Shown here: in pieces, positions 25,201-35,953 of the stretch | How the letters are laid out: each line of letters begins with the position of its first letter | How positions within the stretch are numbered: position 1 is the stretch's first letter | From: Octopus sinensis | Lineage: Eukaryota | Direction: 5' to 3' | Length of the DNA stretch: 64,000 nt | Assembly: GCF_006345805.1 (NCBI RefSeq) | Contig: NC_042997.1 | Coordinates: 139,686,001-139,750,000, forward strand | Notes under the pieces: model-generated | What the model was told of the DNA's origin: nothing | What the model saw: the letters and a program-made list of their open reading frames with translations, nothing else | The model's database searches: none | Translations under genes and position numbers: made by a program

Positions 25201-28200
25201 CTGCACCTGTTTGCTTCTCCCCCTTCTTCCCTCCCTCGTGAAGCTGTGGGGAAGGGAGTGTAAGGAAATCAACGTCGTAAAGCGTTGTCAAGGAGACCAG
25301 CGTTCTTTTAGAACAACGACTTCATGGCTTGAAGACACCAAAACAGAAATGGCTAAGAAAGCCCGAATTGGCATCTATAAGGGAAGTAACTCTCTAAAAA
25401 TGCTTATATAGTTATTTCCCTTACAAACCTGAGCAACGCCGGGCGATACTGCTAGTAATCACTAAAAAGAAAAGTGCTTCTCTGTCTATCTATAAAACTT
25501 GGGTAGTAAATAGATAGGAGCTAATTTAGTTACTTATGTCAAAAGGTTGATTTATCTAGCACACGTATGTTCTTACCATTACTGCATTAGTTATTATTTT
25601 ACTATATTTATTGCTTGTTTAAATATTAGTTTTTGTTGCTGTAATTTCATTTTCAGTTCAGTTCATTGTTATTTTAATTTTTGTTTTAAATAGCGACCAA
25701 AGAAAAAATTAAAGGAAGCCAACCCAATGTAAGTTAACTATTAAGATACTATATTTCAAGTGAAGAGTTAGAAGTTTGTATCTTGTTACTGGTATCCCTG
25801 TGTCCTTAATAAGGTGCTTATCATCATCATCATCATCATTGTTTAACGTCTGCTTTCCATGCTAGTATGGGTTGGACGATTTGACTGAGGGCTGGCAAAC
25901 CAGATGGCTGCACCAGGCTCCAATCTTGATCTACAGCTGGATGTCCTTCCTAATGCCAACCACTCTGAGAGTGTATTGGGTGCTTTTACGTGCCACCGGC
26001 ACGGGGGCCAGTCAGGCGGTACTGGCAACGACCTCTCTCAAATGTTTTTCCACGTGCCACTGGCACAAGTGCCAGTAAGGCAACAATAATAACAATCACG
26101 CTCGAATGGTGCCTTTTACATGCCACCGGCACGGAAGCCAGTTAGCCGCTCTGGCAATGATCACACTCGGATGGTGCTCTTAGCACCCTACTAGCACGGG
26201 GCACAAGTGCCATAAAATAGAGATCAACTTGATGTGCTAATTAGATAGAATTATTGTTGTTGTTTAGCCCCCAGGTCAGACCTATGACCAAAGACATTCC
26301 TGCCATGAGAATCTCATTAATTCAGTGTTATAGGATCTTACATTCAAAGTGGGGAAATGATAATGTTAGACTGAATGCCTTTCTACATATATATTTTATA
26401 CATAAAAGTATTAGGTTATGTTGGGTAAAGAGGGGTTTTGAAAACCCATCATAAGTATTCAGTTCACTTGTAATCTTTCAAGTTATAAAAATATAGTATT
26501 TAATTTTGGTTTACAAGACCAATGTTTTATTTAAACTATTGTAATATTTATGATTATAAATAATTGTTTATAGGTTAGAAGATAGAAACTGAAAGAAGCC
26601 CATCATGTTTGTGTGCGTGTTTGTGTCAGTGTTTGTCCCCCCACCAACACTTGAGAACTGGTGCTGGTGTGCTTACATCCTCATAACTTAGCAATTCAGC
26701 AATAGAGACTGATAGAAGTACCAGGCTTAAAAATAAACATATAAGTAGTGGGGTTGATCCATTCTACTAAAAATTATTCAAGGTGGTGCTCCAGCATGGC
26801 TGCAGTCTAATGACTGAAACAAATAAAATATGAGGACAGCTGTATAAAGAAGTGCCAATCTCTATCTGTGGAGGGGACCTGTGAAAGAGGTAAACCCACA
26901 AAGACATGGGACGAGGTGGTGAAGTATGAACTTTGAAATGTTGGGCCTCATGGAGGTGACAAGTTACCAGGATCATTGGCGATGTGCTTGCTTGAGAAGA
27001 CGCATCAAGCTAGGTGAAATCATAGTCGTGGCTGATGCTGATGTCACACAACTGGCACCTGTGCCAATGGCACATAAAATGTACCCATTACACTCTTGGA
27101 GTGGTTGGCATTAGGAAAGGCATGAAGCTGTAGAAACCATGCCAAGTCAGACTGGAACTTGATGCAGCTCTCTGGCTTACCAATTCCAGTCAAGCTGTCT
27201 AACCCATGCCAGCATGGAAAGCATATACTAAATGATGATGATATATATAGCAAAAATAGAAGTTGAAAATGCACAGAGAATAGTTATTTTACTAAACTCT
27301 TCGTTATTTTCGAAATTAAATGAAACGAAAGTAGTGTTTTTCAACAGAAATATAGTCACAAAAGAGTTAAAGCTGCCAGCTTATTGTCAAATATGAGTAT
27401 CCTCTGTCTCCAATAAGGCTACTGCCACAACAGAGTCTGTTCTTCTGAAACTACTGACTTTATGTAACATCAATCTAAGCCTACTCTATGCACCAGCTTA
27501 GCAGGGGTGGATGCTCTGAGTGTAGCTGCTGGAATAAGAATAGCCTGAGCAAAGTTCAAAGAACTCCTACCTCTGCTGGTGATAAAGAGCCTCTTGCTCA
27601 GAGTAAAATATAGACTGTATGACGCATGTGTGCAAACAGCCATGCTACATGGCAGTGAAACATGGGCTGTGGCTGCTGAGAACATGTATAAGCTTTCAAG
27701 GAATGAAGCTAGTATACTCTGCTGGATGTGTAATGTCAGTGTGCGTACACAACAGAGTGTAAGCACCCTGAGACAAAAGTTGGGCATAAGAAGCATCAGA
27801 TGTGGTGTGCAAGAGAGACAACTGCGCTGGTATGATCATGTGTTGCGTTTGGATGAGGACAGCTGTGTGAAAAAGTGTCACACCCTAGCAGTAGAGGGAT
27901 CCTGTAGAAGTAGACCCAGGAAGACCTGGGGTGAGGTGGTGAAGCACAACCTTTGAACGTTGGGTCTCATGGAGGTGATGATAAGTGACTGAGACCTTTG
28001 GAGATATGTTGTGCTTGAGAAGACCCAGCAAGCCAAGTGAGACCGTAACCGTGGCCTATGCCAGTGCAGCATAACTGGCCCACTTAAGAGTACCCTTCAA
28101 TCATTGGGCAATAAACTGTGCTTGCGAAGACCTGTTGAGTTAAGTGAAGTCATTGTCATGGCCAGTGACAGTACTGTCTGATTGGCACCTGTGCTGGTGG

Positions 28201-29974
28201 ACCATAAAAAGCACCATTTGAGCACAGTCGATGCCAGTGCTGCCTGACTGGTCCCATGCCAGTGGCGCGTAAAAGGTGCCATTTGAGCATGGTCGTTGCC
28301 AGTGTCCTCTGACTGGCTCACATGCAGGTGGCATGTAAAAAGCACCATTAGAGCGTGGTCGATGCCAGTGCCAGCTGACTGGTCCTGTGCCAGTGGCATG
28401 TAAAAAGCACCATTTGAGCGTGGTTGTTGCCAGTGCTGCCTGACTGGCTCCCGTGCTGGTGGCATGTAAAAAGCAACATTAAAGCGTGCTCAATGCCAGT
28501 ACTGCCTGTGGCACGTAGAAGGCACCCACTACAATCTTGGAGTGGTTGACATTAGGAAGGGCATCCAGCTGTAGAAACTTTATCAGATCAGATTCGAGCC
28601 TGGTACAGCCATCTGGCTTGCCAGCCCTCAGCCAAACCGTCCAGATGGAAAGTGGACATTAAACAACGATGATGATGATTTTCAAATCCCTCACTGTATG
28701 TAGTTTTTACCCAATTTTTTGCTACTCAGATTAAATCCCTCTGGGCTTTTACATCCAACTATTAATCTTCTACAAATCGAGCAGAACTTGAATTTCATTT
28801 AATTTATCCATTTAGCCTAATAGTTTCTGTCAGTTTATAAAGAGTATGAAAAAGGGTTATGGGTACTGCTCCATCCACTTCAGACTAATAAATGAGACCC
28901 CTTTAAAGTTAAGATTATATAAAACTTTTTCCCTTTCGCTTATTTTCATTGTTTAACCCCAGGTCGACCATAATCCAGTCAATCTTATAATCAAAAGCAT
29001 TCTAGCCATGAAACATGTGTTTTAAATTACATTATCTAATATATATTTGCCTTGTTCATAATAATGGGGAAGGGGGGGGTGAGATTTTAGCTGCTGTTTC
29101 TAGCAGGTCATGTGACCTTGTAAAAGCCCCATTGTACATCTGTGTTTTTACTTGTAAAAGCACTGGTGTGTTTCTCTTTCCATGAGCGTTTTTTCTAGAA
29201 ATTCTTATAGAGTAGATTTATTCTATTATGGCTTTATTTATTTGTGTCTATTTTCTTTATTCAAATTATTATAGAGCAAGAAGAAAACATAAAGAGTATG
29301 TTGTATCTCCCCAAGTGACAGCTTCCTTACTCAGTCATTATTCAAAGATGCATTTTCCAACTTCCTGTAATGATGTATTAGGTTCAATGTAAGTCTACCA
29401 TTGACTCATTTTAAACAATTGTTGTTTTTTTGCTACTGAAATGCTTCACCACATTTATTGCACAACTTTGAAACTTATTCTATGCTAAGGGAAAAAAAGC
29501 CAGGTGTCTTCTCTGACTCCTTCCATCTTTTTTCCTTACATCAAAATCATAGAAGGAATGTGTTTGCCTGCTTATTTCACTCACAGCACAGCTTTGCATT
29601 ATTGACATATATTTCACTCCTGATTAAGGCTGTGTTAAATAAGATATATATAAATAATAAATGATATATATATATTGTTATATTTTGGAATGGTCATTTT
29701 GCCAGTTTAGCCAATAAAATTTATGCAGTTTGACCCTGCATAAATCCTAAATTTTATTTAAAAATTTATTGGAGCAAGTGTCTTTGAAGACTCTTATTGT
29801 CATTAAATGCTCGAAATGAGGAGTAGACAGTCGACAACTGAAGAGTCCTTTCTCTGTGTTAACTTCTCCTGTTTTCCACTTTTTTCCCTGTTTACGTATT
29901 TCACTCATTTTTCCATCATTTGTTTACATGTTTCATATTATTTGCACTGTTGATGACGTCCTGTACCCATATAT

Positions 29975-30031
<57 letters not shown>

Positions 30032-33000
30032 ATATATTATTTCTTATTTAATTGATATGACGCTTCCATTTCCAAGGATATATATATATGTATATATATA
30101 TAAATATATATATATTATTTATTATTTAATTGAATGCAATGCATCTATTTCTAAGTAAGTTTATCTTCACATTTTTGATGCCACTCTTTACTCTATACTG
30201 TTTTCTTCCTCCATCGTTCTCTAATTCCCTTTTTCTCCCTCTCCCTCCTTCACCATTTTCTATTTGTCTCTCTCTCTCTTGTTGCTCACACATGACCGTT
30301 ATCCGTCTTTCTTTTCCTCATGTGACATTCTTTCTTTTCCTGCATAGATGTTTAAATAAGCGGACATGTTTTTGTTTCTCTCTTCTATCTTTTCTCTTTT
30401 CAAAAAAAAATGTTTCTCCCAGCATTCACTATTTTCCTCTCCTTCTGGTCTAACGACCCTCCATGTTTGTTTTCATTCAGTTTCCTTCTATGTCTCCACT
30501 CATTTTTTTTGTTCCCAACTTTGACCCTCCATAAATCCTAAATTTTATTTAAAAATTTATGGGAGCAAGTGTCTTTGAAGACTCTTATTGTCATTAAATG
30601 CTGGAAATGAGGAGTAGACAGTCGACAACTGAAGGGTCCTTTCTCTGTGTTAACTTGTCCTGTTTTCCACTTTTTCCCCTGTTTACGTATTTCACTCATT
30701 TTTCCATCATTTGTTTACATGTTTCATATTATTTGCACTGTTGATGATGTCCTGTACCCATATATTGCATATATATATATTATTTATTATTTAATTGAAT
30801 ATGACGCATCCATTTCCAAGTATATATATATATATAAAGACTACAACATGGGAAATACATTTTATGAACACAGATGTTGATAATAATATGAATATAATGA
30901 ATTCATAATATAATAATATATATGCATTATCATTCAATTCCCAAGTGCAATTCATCTTAGTCCCAAAAATAATAATCTATTTGAGAATGAAACAATTGTA
31001 ACTACAAAATTAAAAAATAGTGCCATAAATTCTAGTCTTTGCTTTAATATATCCATACTTTGCAGCTAATATACTTGACCAAGAATTTCAACTTGTTTGT
31101 ATAGTTTTCTCCTTAAAAATAAAACATTTGCATGCATATAGTTTGTGTGTTTAAGTATATGCTTATATATATATGAACACACAGAAGCATGTATATGATG
31201 CAAACTGTAAAAACACAACAGATGATTGTGTCTATAATTTGAAGTCCAGCCTTGTCACATAGTATCACTGATTCCAGCTGACAATTACATTTAGATTAAA
31301 CATATCTGGAATACTCAGCCACTTACATACTATTTCAACAAACACCATTCAGTTGATTGAACAACTGAATACTCTTCATGGAGAAAACTAACAGATATAC
31401 ATGTTTAATAGATCTCCATCAGTTTCAATGTCCACCGCACTACAAAATTTGAATTTTATCAGTGATCTTGTAAATTTGACAAATGCAGTTTGAAATTGGT
31501 CATTCTTAGTTATTTCCTCATAGAAATATAACATTTGTGGTACCAAAACTGCATTTTATTTTAGTTAACCTTATGTAGTACATACTTTACTTAAGACTAA
31601 CAGTGTAAGATCTCTTTAGTTTTCCTTATCAAGTATATCTCGTTTAGCTTTACAATAACAATACTTGCTTTGTTTGATTGAGTAATTGGCACATGACCAT
31701 TTTGTTTTATTGGTCATAAGCTTTTAAAGGTTTGAGGAATCTGCAGTTTTCTCTGCCTTTAGCTAAACCTCTATAGTTGGCTTGTGTTGATTTCTCTGCC
31801 TTTAGCTAAACCTCTATAGTTGGCTTGTGTTGATTCCATTTGATATAGCAAATACTACTTATTAACATTCATACTCCTCTTGCATATGACACTGAAGTGA
31901 CATTATCTTACTTCTTCCACTGCCATTGGGAGCAAATGTAACATCATCATTACAGACATACATCTTCCAACATAAAAGCATTGTACAGTTTGTATTTTTG
32001 TATGTATGTCTACACTCACATATATACATAAAAATATTGTTTCTGTTCTTTTATAAACCATTATAATTCTCACACTTGCTTTTATTATCAATTAATTTTT
32101 TCACTTTTTCTATTTTTTCTTCAGATCCAATGATTATTTTGATAACTTATTTGCTACCCTGTCTTCATATTCTCGGAAACAAAGAAGATTAACGATCTGT
32201 CAGTCAGATGTAGAGCTCTATTTTCAAAAGTAACTCATTTTCCTTTCTCTTTTTACTTTTTGTTTTACATTCATTTCTTCATTAAGCAGAGGGATGTTTT
32301 TTAAACAGTATTTTTGGTATTTGCAGTACTTAACATCAAATAGAACAGGCATTTTAATAACAAGCTAACATGGTTATTGTGTTTGATTTTAAGTATTGCA
32401 CACAGCATTCTTGTGTGTGCAGTACTTAACTAGAGACTTTTGCAGGGTAGACTTCAGGGTCCAACATTCACAACTATATAACAAAACAGATTCTACTGTT
32501 GCTAAGCTTGATATGTTAAGGAAAGTCGAAGGTTTCATACATTGACCATGCCATACAAAGCCTTCCATGCAGTTGCCTTCTTCACTTTGAGTTTTTGTTT
32601 TGACATGTTGACTCATGACCCAAGTATTTGAAATCTTTGAATTTTGTCAGAGCAGTGCCTCCTGTGGTTATTAGAAGTGAATGGTCCAGGAGGATATTGT
32701 AGCAATGACGTTCATTTTCATGACATTTAACCAAAGGCCAGCTTGAAAGCTCCTGTACCTGCTCTATGCAGTTAAACAGCAGGCTGACATCTATGTAATC
32801 CATGTCTGTTTGGACTAGAGAAGGGAGTCATCTAGACCTGTTAGGTATGATTGTGAAGCTAAGCTTCTGCTGCCATCCATTGATGGCCTATCTAAGTGTG
32901 TAGACTAGAAAATAATGAAGATGATGATGGAGGAAAATGGCCTTTATTGTATTTAGGATCACTATATAAATGACAGTAGTTAGGTTTATTTGCCTGACTA

Positions 33001-35953
33001 TGCAGTACTGTAACACTATCTATAATATATCAGCTGTGGTGCTTTTATTTTGCTTCACCTTTAAAATAAATACATGAAGTTATTTTTTTCATCTCAGGTC
33101 AGTTCCTATGAAGCAGGTCTTTATTCCAAAACATTCCAACCATTGCCAATCCATTTTTAATTCAAACACATATCTAGGACTACATCATCTAATACTTAAT
33201 TTTCTAGGATGTTTAATTTATAGAGATTTACATGGTATTTCTAGTTGATCAGAATCTGTATAGAAGCTCCCTCATTAGTTCAAAATATACAAGATACATT
33301 AAAAAAATATCCGACTTTAGTTTTCCTACCAAAACTAATGCCACATGGACAAAATACTTCGGGTGGAAGATGAACACCCTTCCTACACATGCATGAAAAT
33401 TTTTGCACCAGTAAGCTGTGTAAGCTCCCGGATGTTACACATGAAGTGTAGATGTGTAGTGCATGCTATTCAGATTTTCATTTACCTGCAAGATAACTGG
33501 ATGCATCAAACAGAAGTATTGCATAAAATTTTGCCAAAAGCTTGGTGAGACTCAAGCTCAAACCATCCAGAAGAACATTATATTTCCGTTTCCTAATGAC
33601 ATTAACTTTCCTTTACATATTTTCATTCATACTGATGCAAACCACTACTATCATTATAAAATTCTTTTGATTATTCTCATTAATTCATTCTTTAGCAAGA
33701 TACTGTTGGTACACGTAACTAAAAGTGATGCTAGTGTGTTTGCAGCATCATTATTCTGATTTAGAATCTTTAATAATTGGGTTCAGGCCTGTGAAATTAT
33801 ATTCATTACTCTGGACTCTACTACAAATTTGTTGGTGTTACTAAGTTGTCTCAGTCACCTCTGCGTTAGAAAATTAGTATTATAGAGGTAGCTAATCAAG
33901 TATTTGAATACAACTAATAAATCTTGCACCTTAGACTTACATGCTTCAATCTGAGGAATAGCCTCTTTCAGACTAGCTAGTTTTACAGGTTGTTATTTAT
34001 AGAGAAAACAAAGGTAAGAAGTTCAATTTCTCAGTGCTTTTTTTTTTCTCCTAAGAAAGAAAGGCTGGATAAAAGGTTTAGTATTGGGTTTCAATAATTA
34101 GAAACAATAGATCTGATAAGAGGTGGCTATATCATATAGGTTTGGCTATGTGATTCACCATTGTATAGTGATTGACTATATGAGGCAGCCAAGGCAAATT
34201 GCATCTGTTTTGTATCTTACAACAAAGATGAGATGAACTCAGCTTGGTTTTCAATTGACCAATGAAATTCAGCTCAGTAACCATTATATTGTAACCTTGG
34301 GTGAAATACTTAACTCTATTTGTCTCGTCATACACTTTTTGTTTCTTTGAAATATCAGGAAGATACTGGGTTGATTCAGTTGGCTGAATCTCCTCCCTAC
34401 AAAAATGGCCTTGTATTTTGGTAGCACAGATTGTTTCACCCTTTAGCATCCAGATTACTATATCAAATATTCTGCTTATTTATTTACATTGTCTCAAATT
34501 AATCATGCATTATCCTGTAGCTTTGAGATTTTGATGTAGTAGTTACTGCTAGAATGATATATTAGTGTAGGTTTAAGGGTCCAGATCTGGTTGGACCGAG
34601 CATAAAACAGGTAGAGTATTTGGCATCGACACAGCTGGTTTAAATGCTAAAGGGTTAATAACAATAATGTTGTGGGAATGATGATAATCTATGGTATCTA
34701 ATGTGCCTCAATAAAATTGTTACTTATCATAAACTGATTTAATTCAAGCACCTATATTCTCTCCTTTTCCTTTTTCTCCTGTATTTTCTCCAACATTGAT
34801 TTTGTGTCAAGCTTAAGGAAATTGTTATTATTTATTCATTAAAATAGATATGATTACTTGGCAAATGAAACTATTCTGTCTGATTCCCTCACAAGTGACA
34901 ATGTCTCGTGTCAGTTAACTTTCTTCTTCCATGACTTCCAATTCCAAGAAATCAAACTTTATGATGCCTTTATAAAAATTTATATAATGCTGCAGCCTTG
35001 TTTCATTATTTCTTCCATTGAGTTATAAACAATTATGTATAGGGATAAGTTTGCAGTGAGCTATGTTCAAAACTAGAAAAGGCATTTAATTTTCTGTTCC
35101 TTATAATTTCAAATTCTCATGTTATGCTGATTATGAATAGTCAAGCCGTATAAACAGATATATGATGTGTAACCCTTTGCCTGTCTTGTGTGTCATATGT
35201 GATACACAGGACATATTTCCCAAGCACCCATGCATCATATGTGATGCACATTCTTACACTCCTCACTGTATTAAAAATTATTTATGATGTGCTCTGTGGA
35301 TCACATATGATACACATGTTTTCATTCCATCATCACATCTTACCCACAAACTAAACCAAATTAACCTTCAATAACTAAATGTCTGAAAACAAGCATGGAT
35401 GTTCAAGACTAACTTATGAAAATGCTTTGAACAGGCAAAGGATTAATATTCCATCTGTATGAAAAAAAAAATTATATTTCTTTCCATTACTTCCTTATGT
35501 ATGTTTTACTGTAATTTTTTTACTCACTCTTGTCTTATAATAATAATAAAATTATTGTGTCTAGTGCTCAGGTGCACTACAATTCATCAAAGGTGCATGC
35601 ACAGTACATAGAATTATGTACAAAGTACATCACAATCTGTACAGACATAAGCATTGAAATAGCTTAGAGTTTTTAATTAGTGTTTCATTACCTTGACATA
35701 CATTTGCACATATGTACACATAAATATATACGATTCAGCTCTTTTTAACATTTCATTTAATTATTATTTCAGTGTTGGATTCACCAATGAACACACATCA
35801 CTCAACTCCTTAATTCGAGAACACTTGTCACTGGTGGATCAACAAAAGCTAATACCTGTTGCTCGAGCTGCCATCACCTTCGATAGTAGAAACAAGAACT
35901 CTAAACGCAAAAGTAAAACAAGAGATTCAAGCAACATTTTTACTTCTAAATGA
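2966..35953 (+). CDS. CENPT: Centromere protein T, 5'-incomplete, at least ~1620 aa
   Basis: Exons with AG/GT ends and compatible phases: 2966-3052, 4014-4101, 4670-4781, 8662-8756, 10392-10487, 13907-14014, 17774-21588 (1-nt frame break at 20176-20181), 22797-22825, 25694-25728, 29275-29388, 32125-32229, 35773-35953 (TGA). NTPKTLIQRFLDEAPTETPLIP resembles the human Ndc80-binding QTPRTLLKNILLTAPESSILMP. The C-terminus SHYSKM...SNDYFDNLFATLSSYSRKQRRLTICQSDVELYFQNVGFTNEHTSLNSLIREHLSLVDQQKLIPVA resembles the CENP-T histone fold. No start exon was found in the window. Confidence 0.88.
3440..3664. mobile_element. TTAA-ended (piggyBac-type) MITE, ~215-bp family
   Basis: Ends in aaatgctaaagggTTAA. 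Internally similar to the copies at 22030, 34436 and 57254. The left end is decayed. Confidence 0.7.
4014..4781 (+). CDS. CENPT: CENP-T exons 4014-4101 and 4670-4781 encoding the Ndc80C (Spc24/25)-binding motif
   Basis: ttccag|TCT...GAA G|gtaag joined to ttgtag|CT CCA...TAC AG|gtaat gives TPKTLIQRFLDE-APTETPLIP, with the CDK-type TP at 4065-4070. Confidence 0.85.
5150..5325 (+). mobile_element. 3' end of an RTE-like LINE
   Basis: Reads KTRGRTLSHPDVISRDTGIQQQDLRNAMMDCEVWRNIV, then a (GAT)n tail. Confidence 0.7.
5335..5640 (+). mobile_element. Penelope-like element RT N-terminal fragment
   Basis: NLYEVTNDLYDKFLNDTISTKYK and EAFIILKDHKPNFCNKLICRLLNPARTEIRLIAKKIL match the PLE motif AFITLKDHKPNF..CRLINP.K.EIG.ISK.IL. 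Confidence 0.75.
6049..6924 (+). mobile_element. maT/DD37D Tc1-mariner element, internally deleted
   Basis: TA-flanked imperfect TIRs CAGGGTGCGATGGTTAAATTGTTG / TAACAATATATTCACCGCACCCTG. Transposase pieces IMVFGVIISDG and WQQDSAACH...SPNCDPLDY, with 37 residues between the last two Asp. Confidence 0.92.
6926..7131 (-). mobile_element. 5'-truncated RTE LINE 3'-UTR copy (SINE-like tail family)
   Basis: (CAT)n followed by the reverse complement of the tail seen attached to RTE coding sequence at 27460-28679. Confidence 0.8.
10835..10992 (-). mobile_element. tRNA-derived SINE (family A), head fragment
   Basis: Reverse complement of the GGCTGTGTGGT...GGTT.A.TCC head followed by gggcaagtgt, shared with the copies at 12000, 14540 and 63610. 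Confidence 0.7.
12000..12130 (+). mobile_element. tRNA-derived SINE (family A), head fragment
   Basis: ctgtgtggtaagaagttt...caaccacatggt...cagtccc...cttgggcaagtgtcttctactatagcc, with A-box-like and B-box-like segments. Confidence 0.7.
12327..12991 (+). mobile_element. 5'-truncated RTE LINE (last codons plus 3'-UTR)
   Basis: ...DLQTLGLTEAMTSDRDLWKYAVLEKT, then a 3'-UTR with ~64-bp units and a gttaaacgatgatgatg tail. Confidence 0.85.
13007..13476 (+). mobile_element. Retrozyme-like / Penelope-derived non-autonomous retroelement (349-nt monomer, ~1.35 copies)
   Basis: Near-identical ~120-bp direct repeats at 13007-13125 and 13356-13476 flank a region containing a hammerhead ribozyme. (TA)n lies on both sides. 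Confidence 0.8.
13268..13312 (+). ncRNA. Minimal type I hammerhead ribozyme
   Basis: CACACG (stem I) - CTGATGA - AAGGT/AAAC/ACCTT (stem II) - GAAAC - TCGG - GT - A(17) - CGTGTG (stem I'). All invariant core nucleotides are present. Predicted cleavage is after GUA, between 13306 and 13307. Confidence 0.88.
14075..14290 (+). mobile_element. tRNA-derived SINE (family C), decayed
   Basis: tRNA-like head (ggtggcttagtg...gtggtttcgattcttgg), then ttgtgttattaagcaaaatgctacatttcatgtt. Related to 46400-46560 and 54745-54935. Confidence 0.55.
14540..14880 (-). mobile_element. tRNA-derived SINE (family A), decayed
   Basis: ttttacttgtttcag...gactgcagtcatgtt at the left end and gacacttgctcaac...gaacctaaaacccatgtggttg at the right end. 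Confidence 0.65.
15251..15670 (+). mobile_element. RTE LINE 3'-UTR fragment
   Basis: Shares the ~64-bp units and gcacccactacactctcggagtggttggcgttaggaagggcatccagc with the other copies. Confidence 0.8.
15894..16212 (+). mobile_element. RTE LINE 3'-UTR copy with an internal 26-bp minisatellite
   Basis: About 5.5 units of gtgacac(a/g)tgagaggcacc(c/t)gtgc(c/t)g at 15895-16040, then the common tail and (GAT)n. Confidence 0.8.
17190..17440 (+). mobile_element. Decayed RTE LINE C-terminal fragment
   Basis: EQSMFQWMCNVS resembles EASMLRWMCNVS in the better-preserved copies. Confidence 0.55.
17774..21588 (+). CDS. CENPT: CENP-T giant internal exon (~1270 aa acidic low-complexity linker)
   Basis: Phase-1 acceptor ctttag|AA at 17774 and phase-1 donor TCA G|gttgg at 21588. 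Covered by ORFs 17758-20259 and 20193-21704, which are offset by one base at the A6 run 20176-20181. Confidence 0.8.
19501..19794 (+). repeat. In-frame 162-bp internal duplication in the CENP-T giant exon, with a (GAA)9 spacer
   Basis: EEDIPLFEVESLSE.E.S...G.VD.S.KGEN.S..Q.EGDASM occurs twice (GAC at 19507 and 19669). (GAA)9 lies at 19642-19668. Confidence 0.9.
20466..20817 (+). repeat. 27-bp coding minisatellite, 13 units of EESEAGETQ
   Basis: Unit gaagaaagtgaggctggtgagacccag. Degenerate 9-aa periodicity extends over roughly 19825-20930. Confidence 0.95.
22030..22217. mobile_element. TTAA MITE (~215-bp family), partial
   Basis: Same internal sequence as 3440 and 34436. Ends in aaatgttaaagggTTAA. 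Confidence 0.7.
24635..24861. mobile_element. TTAA MITE (second family)
   Basis: Imperfect TIRs CCCTTTCATTACC / GGTATCGGAAGGG, flanked by TAAA and TTAA. Confidence 0.7.
24943..25455 (+). mobile_element. Non-autonomous Helitron
   Basis: Begins A|TCTATATATATAAAA and ends CTAG|T, with a subterminal hairpin CCTG-AGCAACGC-CGGG and no TSD. Richer in CpG than the flanks, suggesting a young copy. Confidence 0.8.
25820..26215 (-). mobile_element. RTE LINE 3'-UTR copy
   Basis: (CAT)n start and reverse complement of the common tail and ~64-bp units. Confidence 0.8.
26860..27246 (+). mobile_element. RTE LINE 3' fragment with an internally shortened UTR
   Basis: GTCERGKPTKTWDEVVKYEL, then the tail and (GAT)n. 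Confidence 0.75.
27460..28679 (+). mobile_element. 5'-truncated RTE LINE (C-terminal ORF plus full 3'-UTR)
   Basis: RIAWAKFKELLPLL...RLYDACVQTAMLHGSETWAV...RNEASILCWMCNV...RPRKTWGEVVKH. The 3'-UTR has about five 64-bp units and a (GAT)n tail. Confidence 0.9.
29275..35953 (+). CDS. CENPT: CENP-T histone-fold exons (29275-29388, 32125-32229, 35773-35953)
   Basis: Three phase-2 junctions give a continuous reading that aligns by eye with the CENP-T C-terminal histone fold and its extension helices (L..LI..HL....Q.LIP.A). Confidence 0.88.
29729..30820 (+). repeat. Partial tandem (791-bp period) direct repeat with internal (TA)n
   Basis: tttgaccct.cataaatcctaaattttatttaaaaatttat at 29729 and 30520. 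ORFs 29856 and 30647 are nearly identical. Confidence 0.85.
31748..31835 (+). repeat. 43-bp tandem duplication (2 copies)
   Basis: tttctctgcctttagctaaacctctatagttggcttgtgttga occurs twice. Confidence 0.9.
32390..32900 (-). mobile_element. Decayed RTE-like LINE RT C-terminal fragment
   Basis: FKDFKYLG and ATVESVLLYSCECWTLKSTLQKSL on the minus strand. Confidence 0.75.
33345..33570 (+). mobile_element. Mariner transposase 5' fragment
   Basis: IKQKYCIKFCQKLGETQAQTIQK matches the mariner N-terminal QR..IKFC.KLG....ET motif. Confidence 0.7.
34436..34658. mobile_element. TTAA MITE (~215-bp family)
   Basis: ccctttagcat...aatgctaaagggTTAA termini. Confidence 0.75.

Noticed and set aside
29815-29860. 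CTGAAGAGTCC hammerhead-like motif
   Set aside because: There is no closing stem II or downstream GAAA, and the second copy (30629) reads CTGAAGG.
35150-35340. Several CATATGTGATACACA-like quasi-palindromes in the last CENP-T intron
   Set aside because: Short, irregularly spaced and compatible with decayed CA/TG low-complexity sequence.
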